64,000 bases of DNA from a virus: positions 29,612-93,611 of the IMG/VR virus record IMGVR_UViG_3300035670_000099. One strand, 5' to 3'. How positions within the stretch are numbered: position 1 is the first letter of the stretch; every line of letters begins with the position of its first letter. The notes under the pieces were generated by a model. That model was not told where the DNA came from. It worked only from the letters and a program-made list of their open reading frames with translations, and ran no database searches. This document shows, piece after piece, positions 19,971 to 29,157 of the stretch. The translations under genes were made by a program, and so were the position numbers.

Positions 19971-20699
19971 ATGGCTTCTACTTCGCAACCACTAAGAAGT
20001 TGCTGCTTAGAAATATTGCTGCTTGACGTTAATTCTGATGGCAGCACTATTACTGATTTGTTTAAGACAGAAATAGAAGTAGTAGAGACGGCAAACATCT
20101 CTGCTACTTCTGTTAAACTGCGCAGTTATACTGATGTATTCTTACCTGCTGGCACTTCTCTATCTTTTGTTAATCCAGACGCTGACGGCATAAATACATA
20201 CAGAAAGCAAATTATATTAACAGAAGACACAACGATAGAAGAATTTACTACAACTGTTAAAATCTATCCTTTACCTTATTCTTTGCGGCAGGGTGACATA
20301 GCAGAAGCCATAGAAGGAATTTTGCCATTATTTGGATTGCAAACAATTGATTTATCTTCCCAAGAAACTCAAGTAGAAACAACAAATTTTCGCTCTGGAA
20401 AAGGCGTAAATAATGCTTTTGTAAGATTAGCTAAAACATGTAATGTCACTGGCATAGCATTGGCAGGAGATAGAGCATTAGAAACTATAGTAAAACCAGT
20501 TGGTATTTTCTCTAGTGAACTATTTGGCAGGGATGTATATGTAGCTGTTACAATGCCAAATGGCGAGCGATTTGAAGGTATAGCTAAAATAGGATCTATG
20601 GCATTACCAGCTAATCAAAATGATGTCCAAAAATTCAGCTTTACTTTACTATTCCAAGGTGAAGATTTTGTTTGGCATCCTCCCTTCATTTTTAGTTAA
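19971..20699 (+). CDS. Tail tube protein paralog 3 (more divergent)
   Basis: GLQTIDLSSQETQVETTNF...LPANQNDVQKFSFTLLFQG. Confidence 0.7.
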   Translation: MASTSQPLRSCCLEILLLDVNSDGSTITDLFKTEIEVVETANISATSVKLRSYTDVFLPAGTSLSFVNPDADGINTYRKQIILTEDTTIEEFTTTVKIYPLPYSLRQGDIAEAIEGILPLFGLQTIDLSSQETQVETTNFRSGKGVNNAFVRLAKTCNVTGIALAGDRALETIVKPVGIFSSELFGRDVYVAVTMPNGERFEGIAKIGSMALPANQNDVQKFSFTLLFQGEDFVWHPPFIFS

Positions 20700-20742
20700 T
20701 CCATGATATTATTATTGTGCAACTAATTTGGTACAACAATAA

Positions 20743-20985
20743 TTGAAAATACTAACTGATAACACACGAGTGCTAGCAATTCTGGTAAACTGTAGACAAA
20801 ACGGCAATAAATTATTGTGTGGAGCAGCAGTTTTTAAGGGCGGATTATCAGGAAACATAAAAGTATACGATATATCAGATCCCTCTGTCTCGTTTACTAT
20901 CAAAGTCCCGGAGTCAGTTGCTTTAGTTGCTACAACAGAAACATTTGCTGATTACTACGATTCGTTTGAACTATTATTGGTGTAA
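20743..20985 (+). CDS. Hypothetical protein (80 aa) in the tail operon
   Basis: ORF between the tube and chaperone genes. Confidence 0.55.
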   Translation: MKILTDNTRVLAILVNCRQNGNKLLCGAAVFKGGLSGNIKVYDISDPSVSFTIKVPESVALVATTETFADYYDSFELLLV

Positions 20986-20990
20986 TAAAC

Positions 20991-21755
20991 ATGCTGCCAT
21001 TAATTCAAAAAAAAAGTTTACCAGAAATCATCAAAGTCGGAACTGATGAATCTGGATATTTGTATTTAGCTAAAACAAAATCTATCACAGTTGGGGAGAG
21101 GCAAGAACTATCTGAACACGAAAGAAAGCGTGGACAAGGTAGCGTAATGGCATCAAATCTAATTAACAAAATTGCCAAAGAAAAAAGCATCAGCACAGTT
21201 GAAGCACGTAATCTACTTGGTGGTATTGATAACTTAGATAATAGTCAAATTGTGGAAGAATATGCCAAAGAATTTTACGATTTGTCTACATTTATTGGCT
21301 CTGCTGACTTAGATATTAAAGTTGCTGTAGCGCATATCATTATTAAGAATAGAGTTGCTTACCCAATCAAAGTTGCTGTAGATGGCAACATAAATGACAA
21401 GAAGTTAACAGTTGAACCATTAACAGTTAATTTAACACATAGGCAAGGCATTAGAATAGGCAGTAGCTACATTATTGCTGAAGGAAATTATGAAATAGAT
21501 AACACGTTGATTAAAACGCAGCCATTACCAGCTTCTATTAAAGCAGGCAGCGTTGGATTTTTGTCATCCAATTATTTCTATGTGCTTGGAAGTTCTGAGT
21601 GGACATTAGAAATGACTAAGCAGCTAGATGAAATTCTTATTAACGATATTTATGACTTTTTCCAAAATGAATCTAACAGATGGGAATCTGTAGAGACAGT
21701 TGTACAAGATGAGCCGGGGGAGGACAAGACTCAACTAGCGTTACCGATGGAATAG
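20991..21755 (+). CDS. Tail assembly chaperone (gpG-like)
   Basis: Follows the tube genes; ends ...DIYDFFQNE...EPGE with slippery CCG GGG GAG. Confidence 0.7.
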   Translation: MLPLIQKKSLPEIIKVGTDESGYLYLAKTKSITVGERQELSEHERKRGQGSVMASNLINKIAKEKSISTVEARNLLGGIDNLDNSQIVEEYAKEFYDLSTFIGSADLDIKVAVAHIIIKNRVAYPIKVAVDGNINDKKLTVEPLTVNLTHRQGIRIGSSYIIAEGNYEIDNTLIKTQPLPASIKAGSVGFLSSNYFYVLGSSEWTLEMTKQLDEILINDIYDFFQNESNRWESVETVVQDEPGEDKTQLALPME

Positions 21756-22126
21756 ATTGGAAAAAACTGTATTGGCGTATTCAATCTTATCAAATCAAAG
21801 ATAGAAGATTTAGTGACTGGGAAACTTATTTGCAGCAGCCAGATTATGTAGTATTTGAATGTATTACTGAGATGGAATCTTTACGCATGGCTCAGTCAAA
21901 CATTGACTCTAGAGTTCATGCAATTGGCTGGGCTGGACTATTCAATGGATTTAAAGGAAAGGAAGATCCATCTATTGATTACACTGAATTGCTGCCTTTT
22001 CCAAATCAAGCCCACAATCCAAAATGCAAATTGAGTGATGTCACAAAAGCGATTATTAACGAAGCTATACGTAAAAAAGATTTACCATTGATTTCGTTGA
22101 CTAGCTTAGCTCTACTGTTAAATTAA
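21716..22126 (+). CDS. Tail chaperone -1 frameshift extension (gpT-like)
   Basis: The -1 frame opens just after a TGA before GGGGGAG (21716-21722) and reads GGQDSTSVTDGIDWKKLYWRIQ... into the 21830-22126 ORF. Confidence 0.75.
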   Translation, partial: GGGQDSTSVTDGIDWKKLYWRIQSYQIKDRRFSDWETYLQQPDYVVFECITEMESLRMAQSNIDSRVHAIGWAGLFNGFKGKEDPSIDYTELLPFPNQAHNPKCKLSDVTKAIINEAIRKKDLPLISLTSLALLLN

Positions 22127-22156
22127 AAAGCACTGCTGATAAATGCAGTGCTTTTT
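22125..22156. terminator. Bidirectional terminator between convergent units
   Basis: AAAAAGCACTGC-8 nt-GCAGTGCTTTTT. Confidence 0.85.
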
Positions 22157-22160
22157 AGTG

Positions 22161-22319
22161 TTATATAATTATTGCTCCAAACATTAATGCCGCCGATTCT
22201 AAGGACGATTCAATTGTTAGCTTTTTGCCATCGCTGGCGTAGATTTTTCCACCAACACTCCTGACATAATCAATGAAAGCATTCAGGCTTTCTTTGTGTT
22301 CAAATATAACCTGAGTCAT
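22161..22319 (-). CDS. Small hypothetical protein (52 aa, MTQVIFEHKES...)
   Basis: Hand translated; TAATG coupling with the upstream gene. Confidence 0.6.
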   Translation of the reverse strand: MTQVIFEHKESLNAFIDYVRSVGGKIYASDGKKLTIESSLESAALMFGAIII

Positions 22320-22729
22320 TAGTCATTTGATGCCCATTGCAAGAAATTATAGAATTCTAACGCCCACTCTAGAAAGTTGTAAACAACGTTTCTAACAGCT
22401 TCCTGATTGCTTCTTTGCTCAGGAGATAATGTCTCTCCCCCAAAGAAAGAAAGAGTCTCCTCAGAGAAATTTTGCCATGGTGAGATGGCGTGATCGAATT
22501 CCTTGTCAGAATCAATGCCAATTTTGACGTTTTGCTTGATTTGTTCAACTATCAAGCTATCCAAATCGGACGTTAATTCGGCAAATTGTTCCTCTTCAGT
22601 ATATCTTTGCCACAAATTGAAATCATCTGATTTAATTATCTCTCCAAAATCAAATGAATCGTACTCAGTGACTACTTCAATCATACAATTTCCCTCCTTT
22701 GTTTGTTCTCTTTGTACGATTTGTTTCAA
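22319..22729 (-). CDS. Acidic hypothetical protein (early cluster)
   Basis: ORF track; likely start MIEVV near 22684 with GGAGG RBS. Confidence 0.65.
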   Translation of the reverse strand: MKQIVQREQTKEGNCMIEVVTEYDSFDFGEIIKSDDFNLWQRYTEEEQFAELTSDLDSLIVEQIKQNVKIGIDSDKEFDHAISPWQNFSEETLSFFGGETLSPEQRSNQEAVRNVVYNFLEWALEFYNFLQWASND

Positions 22730-23054
22730 TTATCTCACCATCATGAAGCACTACTAAACATGCTTCATCTGTTGAGTATATGGTTTTGCCCCCAGTGGCA
22801 GGGCATAACAACAACACAAGAATATCAGTGCTGTTGTCTTTGGCTGGGATAATTTCATTGTCCACTAGCTCAACTTCTCCTTGTGTCCAGCCGACTCCAT
22901 CAGGGAGAACTCCCTTGGGAACAAAGTCGTCGTACCCATGATACGAAACTTGAATTTCTGGCGATACATTGATGTCCGTCCCTTGACATTTGCCATCCAG
23001 CGTTTGTATGCCGGCAAATTTAATTCCAAACTCATCGATAGTGTATGTATTCAT
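22677..23054 (-). CDS. Hypothetical protein (early cluster)
   Basis: ORF track, ATGA coupling, GAGGAA RBS. Confidence 0.65.
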   Translation of the reverse strand: MNTYTIDEFGIKFAGIQTLDGKCQGTDINVSPEIQVSYHGYDDFVPKGVLPDGVGWTQGEVELVDNEIIPAKDNSTDILVLLLCPATGGKTIYSTDEACLVVLHDGEIIETNRTKRTNKGGKLYD

Positions 23055-23254
23055 TCCTCTTCCTCCTTCAATATTGTTTGTGCTACCATTAGCAGCGAAT
23101 ATGCTTGCTGCTGAATTTCTTGTTCATCTGTAAACAGATATTTACAGTATGCGTAGGCAAGTGAGCCACCTTGCTCACTGCTTACATCAATTCCTTGCTC
23201 TTTAGCAAAGCTAACGAATAGATATATATCTTCCAAGTTCATGCCAAAATTCAA
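23051..23254 (-). CDS. Hypothetical protein (early cluster)
   Basis: First gene after a sigma70-type promoter. Confidence 0.6.
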   Translation of the reverse strand: MNFGMNLEDIYLFVSFAKEQGIDVSSEQGGSLAYAYCKYLFTDEQEIQQQAYSLLMVAQTILKEEEE

Positions 23255-23269
23255 AACTCAATCCATCTA

Positions 23270-23298
23270 ATAGTAGATGATTTTCAGGATAATGTCAA
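23270..23298 (-). promoter_or_regulatory. Sigma70-type promoter
   Basis: Minus strand CTA-TTGACA-17 bp-TACTAT. Confidence 0.7.
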
Positions 23299-23307
23299 TA
23301 GATTATC

Positions 23308-23622
23308 TTATTTTTTCTTATGCAATTGCTTATAATTACGCTGTAGCATTTTAGTGAAAGCTGGAGTATTTTTATTTTTCCAGACTGGATTATCTTTATT
23401 AGTTAACCAATTAGTAGTAGAGTGGCATATATTTTTATGACAGTATTTGCATACGGGGAAGATGTTAATTCCGTATCTGTCTCCTGACTTTCTATAGCTA
23501 GAATGATGTATTTCTTGACTGTCATTGATTTTGCAGCAACAACACTTACCACCAACATTGCTATGCGCTATTGCTGCTTTCTTTTTATACTTCTTTAGAT
23601 TGCCATATCTTTGCTGATACAT
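23308..23622 (-). CDS. HNH endonuclease
   Basis: KCCCC...EIHH..Y...NIFPVCKYCH. Confidence 0.75.
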   Translation of the reverse strand: MYQQRYGNLKKYKKKAAIAHSNVGGKCCCCKINDSQEIHHSSYRKSGDRYGINIFPVCKYCHKNICHSTTNWLTNKDNPVWKNKNTPAFTKMLQRNYKQLHKKK

Positions 23623-24362
23623 TAATAAGGGAATATTACTCTACCACTTGGGCGTATATCAGCATGGAAAAATCCTTTATTTCTTCCCATAAATACAGCA
23701 TCTCCTAGTCCTGTAAAATTGGAGGACAAAAGCACTTGCCAAAGTCTTCTAAAATCACCATTAACTGGTTGCATATCTAATGCTTTGAAATAAATATGCT
23801 GACTATTCCTAGCACCACCAATAGATTTGTTTACAGCAGGTGGACGATAGCCGGAAGTAATTCTAATTGGTGAGCCAAATTTATCTCTGACTTCTCCCCA
23901 TGTTCTAGCTAATCTGATAGCGTTCGCCACATGCTCCGACGATATAGGAACTCTTGTGCAGTCTTTAGTAGCTTCTCCCCAAGTCAGTGGAACATTATCA
24001 ACAATTAATGTATTTGCATACACTATTTTTCCACCTGGCAGCATCATACTTGGTTGACTATCAACTTTGTCTGTTTCACTTGCCGCGCATTCTTCTTTAT
24101 CTTGAAGTTCTAATAGTTCCTTTGCAGTTGTAACACCAAGAAATAGAGGATACTCAAGATTTTTATCAGACTTAAAATCTATAAATGCTTGCTTGGTGTT
24201 GTTCCCAACAATGCCATCTACAGTAATTTTAAGCAAAGATTGAATTTCTTTAACTAATTCTACTGGTAATTCGGAAATATGAATTGCAGTAGAATTAGTG
24301 CTTATGAATTTCTCAAGATTTTGCATGACTGGTAAAGATAATATCAATACCAATCTTAGCAT
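23622..24362 (-). CDS. Endolysin: PG-binding domain plus peptidase M15A
   Basis: IQSLL...VDGIVGNNT; ITSGYRPPAVNKSIGGARNSQH...ALD...FFHADIR; likely start MQNLEK. Confidence 0.9.
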   Translation of the reverse strand: MLRLVLILSLPVMQNLEKFISTNSTAIHISELPVELVKEIQSLLKITVDGIVGNNTKQAFIDFKSDKNLEYPLFLGVTTAKELLELQDKEECAASETDKVDSQPSMMLPGGKIVYANTLIVDNVPLTWGEATKDCTRVPISSEHVANAIRLARTWGEVRDKFGSPIRITSGYRPPAVNKSIGGARNSQHIYFKALDMQPVNGDFRRLWQVLLSSNFTGLGDAVFMGRNKGFFHADIRPSGRVIFPY

Positions 24363-24998
24363 TTAAGAGTTGGAAAAGCCTATCTTTTTATTTGCCCGAT
24401 TGATTTGACATATCGCTTCCTCTAATTTCTCAGAAGTGCCGTATATGCTATTCCTGTTGTCAAATGTTTGGACATATTTTACAGCAGCACGAAATTTGTA
24501 CTGAAATATTTGCCATGCTTGTTTTGTTCCTGCCGCTCCAAGATTTAAGTTGGCATCACATAAATTCTTGAGTTTTATTGCTTTCTCTCTAACACCTTCT
24601 TCTAAAAGCATTATAGAAGAAATTGGATTGTACGCAAAAATTTCCCACACTAATGCATCATCAATTAATAGATTAATGTATCTTAGCGCTTTATTACTGT
24701 CTTGATAAAATATTTTCCAGACATATTTTATGGCAGTTTCTCCAACAGGAAATGCTTCATAAACTTGTTTAATATCCAAAGCGACACTTCTAGTTTTTTC
24801 GTTGATTGCAAAGACTGATGCAGCAGGAGGAAAATATTCAAAAATCTCCCATACTAATTTGTTTTTTCTCAGCCCCTCGCTGATTATTTCAGCCTTAATC
24901 TTCTCAGAGTCATAAGAGAAGAAATACGGATCTTGTAAATCGATATCTTCCAACAGCTCTTGCAGATTTTTTGTCTTTTCTTTTGTCTTTCTAGTCAT
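24363..24998 (-). CDS. Hypothetical protein with two-fold internal repeat
   Basis: LVWEIF...WxIF unit occurs twice; ATG 24998 preferred because the promoter lies at 25025-25053. Confidence 0.65.
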   Translation of the reverse strand: MTRKTKEKTKNLQELLEDIDLQDPYFFSYDSEKIKAEIISEGLRKNKLVWEIFEYFPPAASVFAINEKTRSVALDIKQVYEAFPVGETAIKYVWKIFYQDSNKALRYINLLIDDALVWEIFAYNPISSIMLLEEGVREKAIKLKNLCDANLNLGAAGTKQAWQIFQYKFRAAVKYVQTFDNRNSIYGTSEKLEEAICQINRANKKIGFSNS

Positions 24999-25024
24999 GC
25001 GTTTATATCCAAAACAATTAGCTA

Positions 25025-25108
25025 ATAATACAGCAAAAAACACATAACGTCAATAGTTTTAGGAATAGTGATATATCTATTGACAAAATAGCCAAAATGC
25101 TTTACTGT
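25025..25108. promoter_or_regulatory. Divergent sigma70-type promoter pair
   Basis: Minus: CTA-TTGACG-17-TATTAT (25053-25025); plus: CTA-TTGACA-17-TACTGT (25080-25108). Confidence 0.7.
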
Positions 25109-25112
25109 TAGA

Positions 25113-26855
25113 ATGTGTAGCTATTTTCCATTTATGCTAAGAGACTATCAACAGTCAGCAATTAACCGGATATACCAGTTATTCAGAAACAACATAACCA
25201 GTGTTATGTTGTACGCTCCTACGGGTGCAGGCAAAACGCATATCAGCAGCAAGATTATCGCTGATTGCTTGTCTAAGAACAGGAGAATTTTATTTTTAGT
25301 CCACAGGACTAAGTTAATTGAACAGACAATATCTACTCTGGTTAAAAGCTATGGAGTGAAACTAGAGCAGATAGGCGTTATAGCGCCTAATTACAAGTCG
25401 GATTATAAATGTCCGGTTCAGATATCCATGGTGCAAACTATCCAAAACAGACAATATCCAGAAGACATCGGATTACTAATTGTGGATGAAGCCCATACCA
25501 CTGCTTATTTCAGTGTGTTTGAAAAGTTACTAAATCATTACAGTGGCGGCATTTGGACACAATCTAAATGCTTTGTACTTGGTTTATCTGCTTCACCATG
25601 GAGAACTAAAAAGAGAGAAGGTTTTTGTAGATTCTTCCAAGCGATGGTACGCGCGCCATATCCAGAAGAATTGATTAAGCAAGGACATTTATGCAGCGCT
25701 AGACATTTTGGCTGGGGTGGATTAATTGATTACTCTAAACTCGATGTTGGAGCAGCTGGAGATTTTACCCAAAACAGTTTAGAGGTTGTTTGTAATAGCG
25801 AATATAACAAAGTTATTATAGACAAATTTCTTAAGTTATGCCCCACCAGGAAGACGATAGCTTTCTGTGCTGGTGTTAAACAATCCATAGATTTATCTGA
25901 ACAATTCAATAGTGCTGGCATTAAAGCTAGTGTTGTTACCGGTGAAACTCCGGAATTTGTCCGGAAAGACATCTACAATCAATTTAAACGTGGAGACATT
26001 CAAGTTATTAGTAGCGTATCTGTATTGTGTGAGGGCTTTGATGAGACTAGCTGTAATGCTGCAATTATTGCCCGTCCTACTAAATCTAGAGCATTATTGG
26101 TGCAGATGTGTGGTAGAGCATTAAGATTGCATCCTGATAAACAAGATGCTTATTTATTAGACTTTGGGGATAATTTTAAACGACTTGGATTACCTGTCTC
26201 TAAATTCCCCACACCATTGTGTCCAACGTTTAAGAAAGCAGAAGAAATGCCAGTTAAAGAATGTCCTAACTGTTCTGCAATACTGCCAATTTTTGCTATG
26301 ATTTGTCCTGATTGTGGACACTTGTTTGTGAAAGAGGAAGAAGAAGACACTCCAGATACTTTGCCTGAGTTTGGAGAGATATTCTCCAAAGAACAACAAG
26401 AACAAATATCTTATCTAAGAGGACAACTACTACGTGCTTACAAAGCTGAAAGAGATATTGGGAGAGTCACGTGGTTGTTCACAGAAAGATATAATTTTTT
26501 GCCTCCACAGCATTGGTATTTAGACGCTATTTTTAGACGTGGTAGAAATGTCCATCCCACAGTCAGAAAGACAGATGAACAAGCATTACTACGTTTCTTT
26601 AAGAAGACTAAACCTACTGCCAGTTCTGGTTGGTTAGGAGAACAATTTAGGCGAGAATTTGGCAAAGGATATTATGACTTTGATACAATCAACTGGAAAG
26701 ATGTTTTAGGAGTTCCCGAGCATAGTAATTACAGTTACAAAGACGTAACTGATTTGTATAGACAAAAAATAGTACAAGCCTCTCCAGAAGATGCTTCGCT
26801 CTTAAACTTCTGTCTGGAAGAGGCATTGAAAATATTGAATTCGTCAGCCTATTGA
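25113..26855 (+). CDS. SF2 DEAH helicase (YejH/RadD-like) with Zn finger and J-like C-terminus
   Basis: LRDYQ, APTGAGKT, VDEAH, GLSASP, LCEGFD, QMCGRALR, CPNC...CPDC; likely start ATG 25134. Confidence 0.92.
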   Translation: MCSYFPFMLRDYQQSAINRIYQLFRNNITSVMLYAPTGAGKTHISSKIIADCLSKNRRILFLVHRTKLIEQTISTLVKSYGVKLEQIGVIAPNYKSDYKCPVQISMVQTIQNRQYPEDIGLLIVDEAHTTAYFSVFEKLLNHYSGGIWTQSKCFVLGLSASPWRTKKREGFCRFFQAMVRAPYPEELIKQGHLCSARHFGWGGLIDYSKLDVGAAGDFTQNSLEVVCNSEYNKVIIDKFLKLCPTRKTIAFCAGVKQSIDLSEQFNSAGIKASVVTGETPEFVRKDIYNQFKRGDIQVISSVSVLCEGFDETSCNAAIIARPTKSRALLVQMCGRALRLHPDKQDAYLLDFGDNFKRLGLPVSKFPTPLCPTFKKAEEMPVKECPNCSAILPIFAMICPDCGHLFVKEEEEDTPDTLPEFGEIFSKEQQEQISYLRGQLLRAYKAERDIGRVTWLFTERYNFLPPQHWYLDAIFRRGRNVHPTVRKTDEQALLRFFKKTKPTASSGWLGEQFRREFGKGYYDFDTINWKDVLGVPEHSNYSYKDVTDLYRQKIVQASPEDASLLNFCLEEALKILNSSAY

Positions 26856-26856
26856 A

Positions 26857-27021
26857 TTAACATTTCTCCCAAAGTATGTTTGCTTTAAGCAGATTCACAG
26901 CTTGCAATTTACTTAATGCAGTAACAACTACTGTGGGAGGATAACTTGAAAATTGTTTAAGAATCTCGCCGTAATTGCGAGGTTCATTACAAAATTTGAC
27001 TAGCTCTTGTTCTAAATCCAT
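26857..27021 (-). CDS. Small hypothetical protein (54 aa, MDLEQELVKFCNEPR..., winged-helix-like)
   Basis: Hand translated; TTGACA-16-TATAAT upstream on the minus strand. Confidence 0.55.
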   Translation of the reverse strand: MDLEQELVKFCNEPRNYGEILKQFSSYPPTVVVTALSKLQAVNLLKANILWEKC

Positions 27022-27096
27022 AACAATGGTAAAAATGGTACTCTAAAATTATACTATAATCCATTGACATGTCAAATTTAAAATTTATTTAAAGCA

Positions 27097-27122
27097 AAGC
27101 CTGTGTTGATTGGCACAGGCTT
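27097..27122 (-). terminator. Hairpin ending the minus-strand tail-tip unit
   Basis: AAGCCTGTG-8 nt-CACAGGCTT. Confidence 0.6.
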
Positions 27123-27125
27123 AAA

Positions 27126-27506
27126 TTATTTAACATCATAGACTAAAAAGTTAGAACTCCATTCCAAAATGGATAGCAACATCTTTTGAAAAAAAATTAT
27201 AAATAATGATTTGACTTTTACTACTGACTTAAAGATATTGATTTTAATGTTCCTGATTTCAAAAGTAACTGCATGAGATGCATCATCAACTGAAACCAAG
27301 ACAATTGACTTGATTTTAGATGGTTCAAATTTATCTGTCTGCATGTTATTAGAGCGTAAAAAAGCAATAAATCTAGGATAATGTTCAGTTATCAATATCC
27401 AGATATCGTCTTGACAAGATATAAATAAATCATATCCTTCTTCACTTTGAAAACCTGAGATTGAGCAGTATTCAAGTATTTCTTTGATAGGATTAAGATT
27501 ATTCAT
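27126..27506 (-). CDS. Hypothetical protein
   Basis: ORF track, ATGA coupling to the gpK-like gene. Confidence 0.55.
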   Translation of the reverse strand: MNNLNPIKEILEYCSISGFQSEEGYDLFISCQDDIWILITEHYPRFIAFLRSNNMQTDKFEPSKIKSIVLVSVDDASHAVTFEIRNIKINIFKSVVKVKSLFIIFFQKMLLSILEWSSNFLVYDVK

Positions 27507-28273
27507 TCAAAACTCCTGTGTCTGCATATATATCGTGTTGCATGTTTCCAGTAAGTGCCACCATAAACAAACAATTCGCTAGTTCTTTCACCTCCTAGAT
27601 TATGTAAACCAGTGTTATTGTCATCAATTATTATGCTTACATGGTGAGGCTGTATGTTATTTAAACTCATAACAATGACATCATTTTTTTGATGTAATTC
27701 TCCAAATTCTAACTTACGGAAATTAGCTTTTTGGAAATTCTCTTCTATCAAATTCCAAGAAGAAGATGTTGTTTCTTGCAAAGAAAACCCACGGGGAAAA
27801 TCAGGTAAAGATATATCTAACATTCCTTTATAATAAGCTCTAAGCAAGCTAAAGCAGTCAGTCCTATTGTAAACAAATGGCCACTTTAAATAATAGTTGA
27901 CTTCTTTGGGAGAACCGTCAATAAACAAAGGAAATGGATTAGCTAAATTTGCTGGATCAAACAAGTCCCAGGATTCAAAAGCAGAATGGTACAGAATATA
28001 TTTTATCTTACTGGATTTTGCATTACAAATATCTGGCGGGCTTAGATATTCGCTTTGTTCTGTCTTCCAGTGAGTGTGGTAAACACCTTGGATGTCATTG
28101 TATCCAACTATTAAATCTAGTTCGTCCGGTTCAATAACAAATGCTTCATGCTTGTTCTCAGCAGCATTTGTACATCTATACGGCACGTCTTCCACAATGA
28201 CACCGCAAACTTCTTGCTCTGGAAACTCCTTCGCGTGTTCAATTATATGCTCTTTTATATAAGCAGATATCAT
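27503..28273 (-). CDS. Tail tip assembly protein K-like (JAB plus NlpC/P60)
   Basis: EVCGVI...YHTH...LSPPD; TDCFSL...PHHVSI...LHN. Confidence 0.9.
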   Translation of the reverse strand: MISAYIKEHIIEHAKEFPEQEVCGVIVEDVPYRCTNAAENKHEAFVIEPDELDLIVGYNDIQGVYHTHWKTEQSEYLSPPDICNAKSSKIKYILYHSAFESWDLFDPANLANPFPLFIDGSPKEVNYYLKWPFVYNRTDCFSLLRAYYKGMLDISLPDFPRGFSLQETTSSSWNLIEENFQKANFRKLEFGELHQKNDVIVMSLNNIQPHHVSIIIDDNNTGLHNLGGERTSELFVYGGTYWKHATRYICRHRSFE

Positions 28274-28644
28274 ACTCTTGGTGGGTAAACTTTAGAAATT
28301 ATGCTGGCGTTAGATCTTACTTGAGTACTTGTTATTTTAGTAGAGATTGTGTATTGATTTTCTCCAACTGTGGTTACAGTCCATTCATCACAAACACACT
28401 CTTTAAGATCTTCACCGGTGGGACTCCACTCAAAAGAAGATAAAGAGTACTGTCGTAAATCAGCTAAAATAACATCTAATTCAGGCTTGCTATACACTGG
28501 ACTGCGCACATCCCATTCACAATATGGTGATATGCCCTGCGTTAAAATTTGGCTGTAATTATCCCCTAATCTTGTTTTAATAGTTGGGATAATTGTGTTT
28601 TTAGATAACTGCCACAATGGCGATAATTCCAGCACTAAGCTCAT
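28270..28644 (-). CDS. Minor tail protein M-like (distal tail) paralog
   Basis: KTRLGDNYSQ...GI...SFEWSP....CVCDEW. Confidence 0.7.
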   Translation of the reverse strand: MSLVLELSPLWQLSKNTIIPTIKTRLGDNYSQILTQGISPYCEWDVRSPVYSKPELDVILADLRQYSLSSFEWSPTGEDLKECVCDEWTVTTVGENQYTISTKITSTQVRSNASIISKVYPPRV

Positions 28645-29156
28645 AAGACAAAATATCCGATTGTGTAATTAAACGCAGAAGCAGCACTTGAGACAATATT
28701 CAAAGCAGTGTTAGCTGTTAGCTTAAATTCTCTATTTGCTGCAAGACTTATATCTTTGACAGAACCTTGAGAGGACAAATAAAAGCGAATTCTGTCTGTA
28801 GATCCATCTCGAATAGTAATAGTCTGAGCGGTAGTACCTTCTAATTCAACTCTAATGAAAGACACATAAATACTTACTCCCGCTCCTGGCGCTGCTATTG
28901 CTGCTGTAGTAGTAGCAGTACTTGCAGTACCAGTTACAAATAGCATTGTTGGCGATACATTAGTTTTTGCTAGTAATCTTTTTGCTAAAGAGATTAAACT
29001 TGCTGATGCAGTGTCTGATGTAGCAGCAGTGTCACCTTTGTCTCCAATAGCTGTTGACTCAAATTGCATCACATCTGGATCATTGGCAGTCCCAGATCCT
29101 GAAGTTGTAGCTCTTTCCCGTTGTTGCCCGGCTCCGTCGATATATTTAACTGGCAT
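28641..29156 (-). CDS. Small virion accessory protein
   Basis: Ala/Thr-rich, GSGTANDP, C-terminal jelly-roll-like segment, within the tail-tip operon. Confidence 0.5.
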   Translation of the reverse strand: MPVKYIDGAGQQRERATTSGSGTANDPDVMQFESTAIGDKGDTAATSDTASASLISLAKRLLAKTNVSPTMLFVTGTASTATTTAAIAAPGAGVSIYVSFIRVELEGTTAQTITIRDGSTDRIRFYLSSQGSVKDISLAANREFKLTANTALNIVSSAASAFNYTIGYFVL

Positions 29157-29157
29157 A

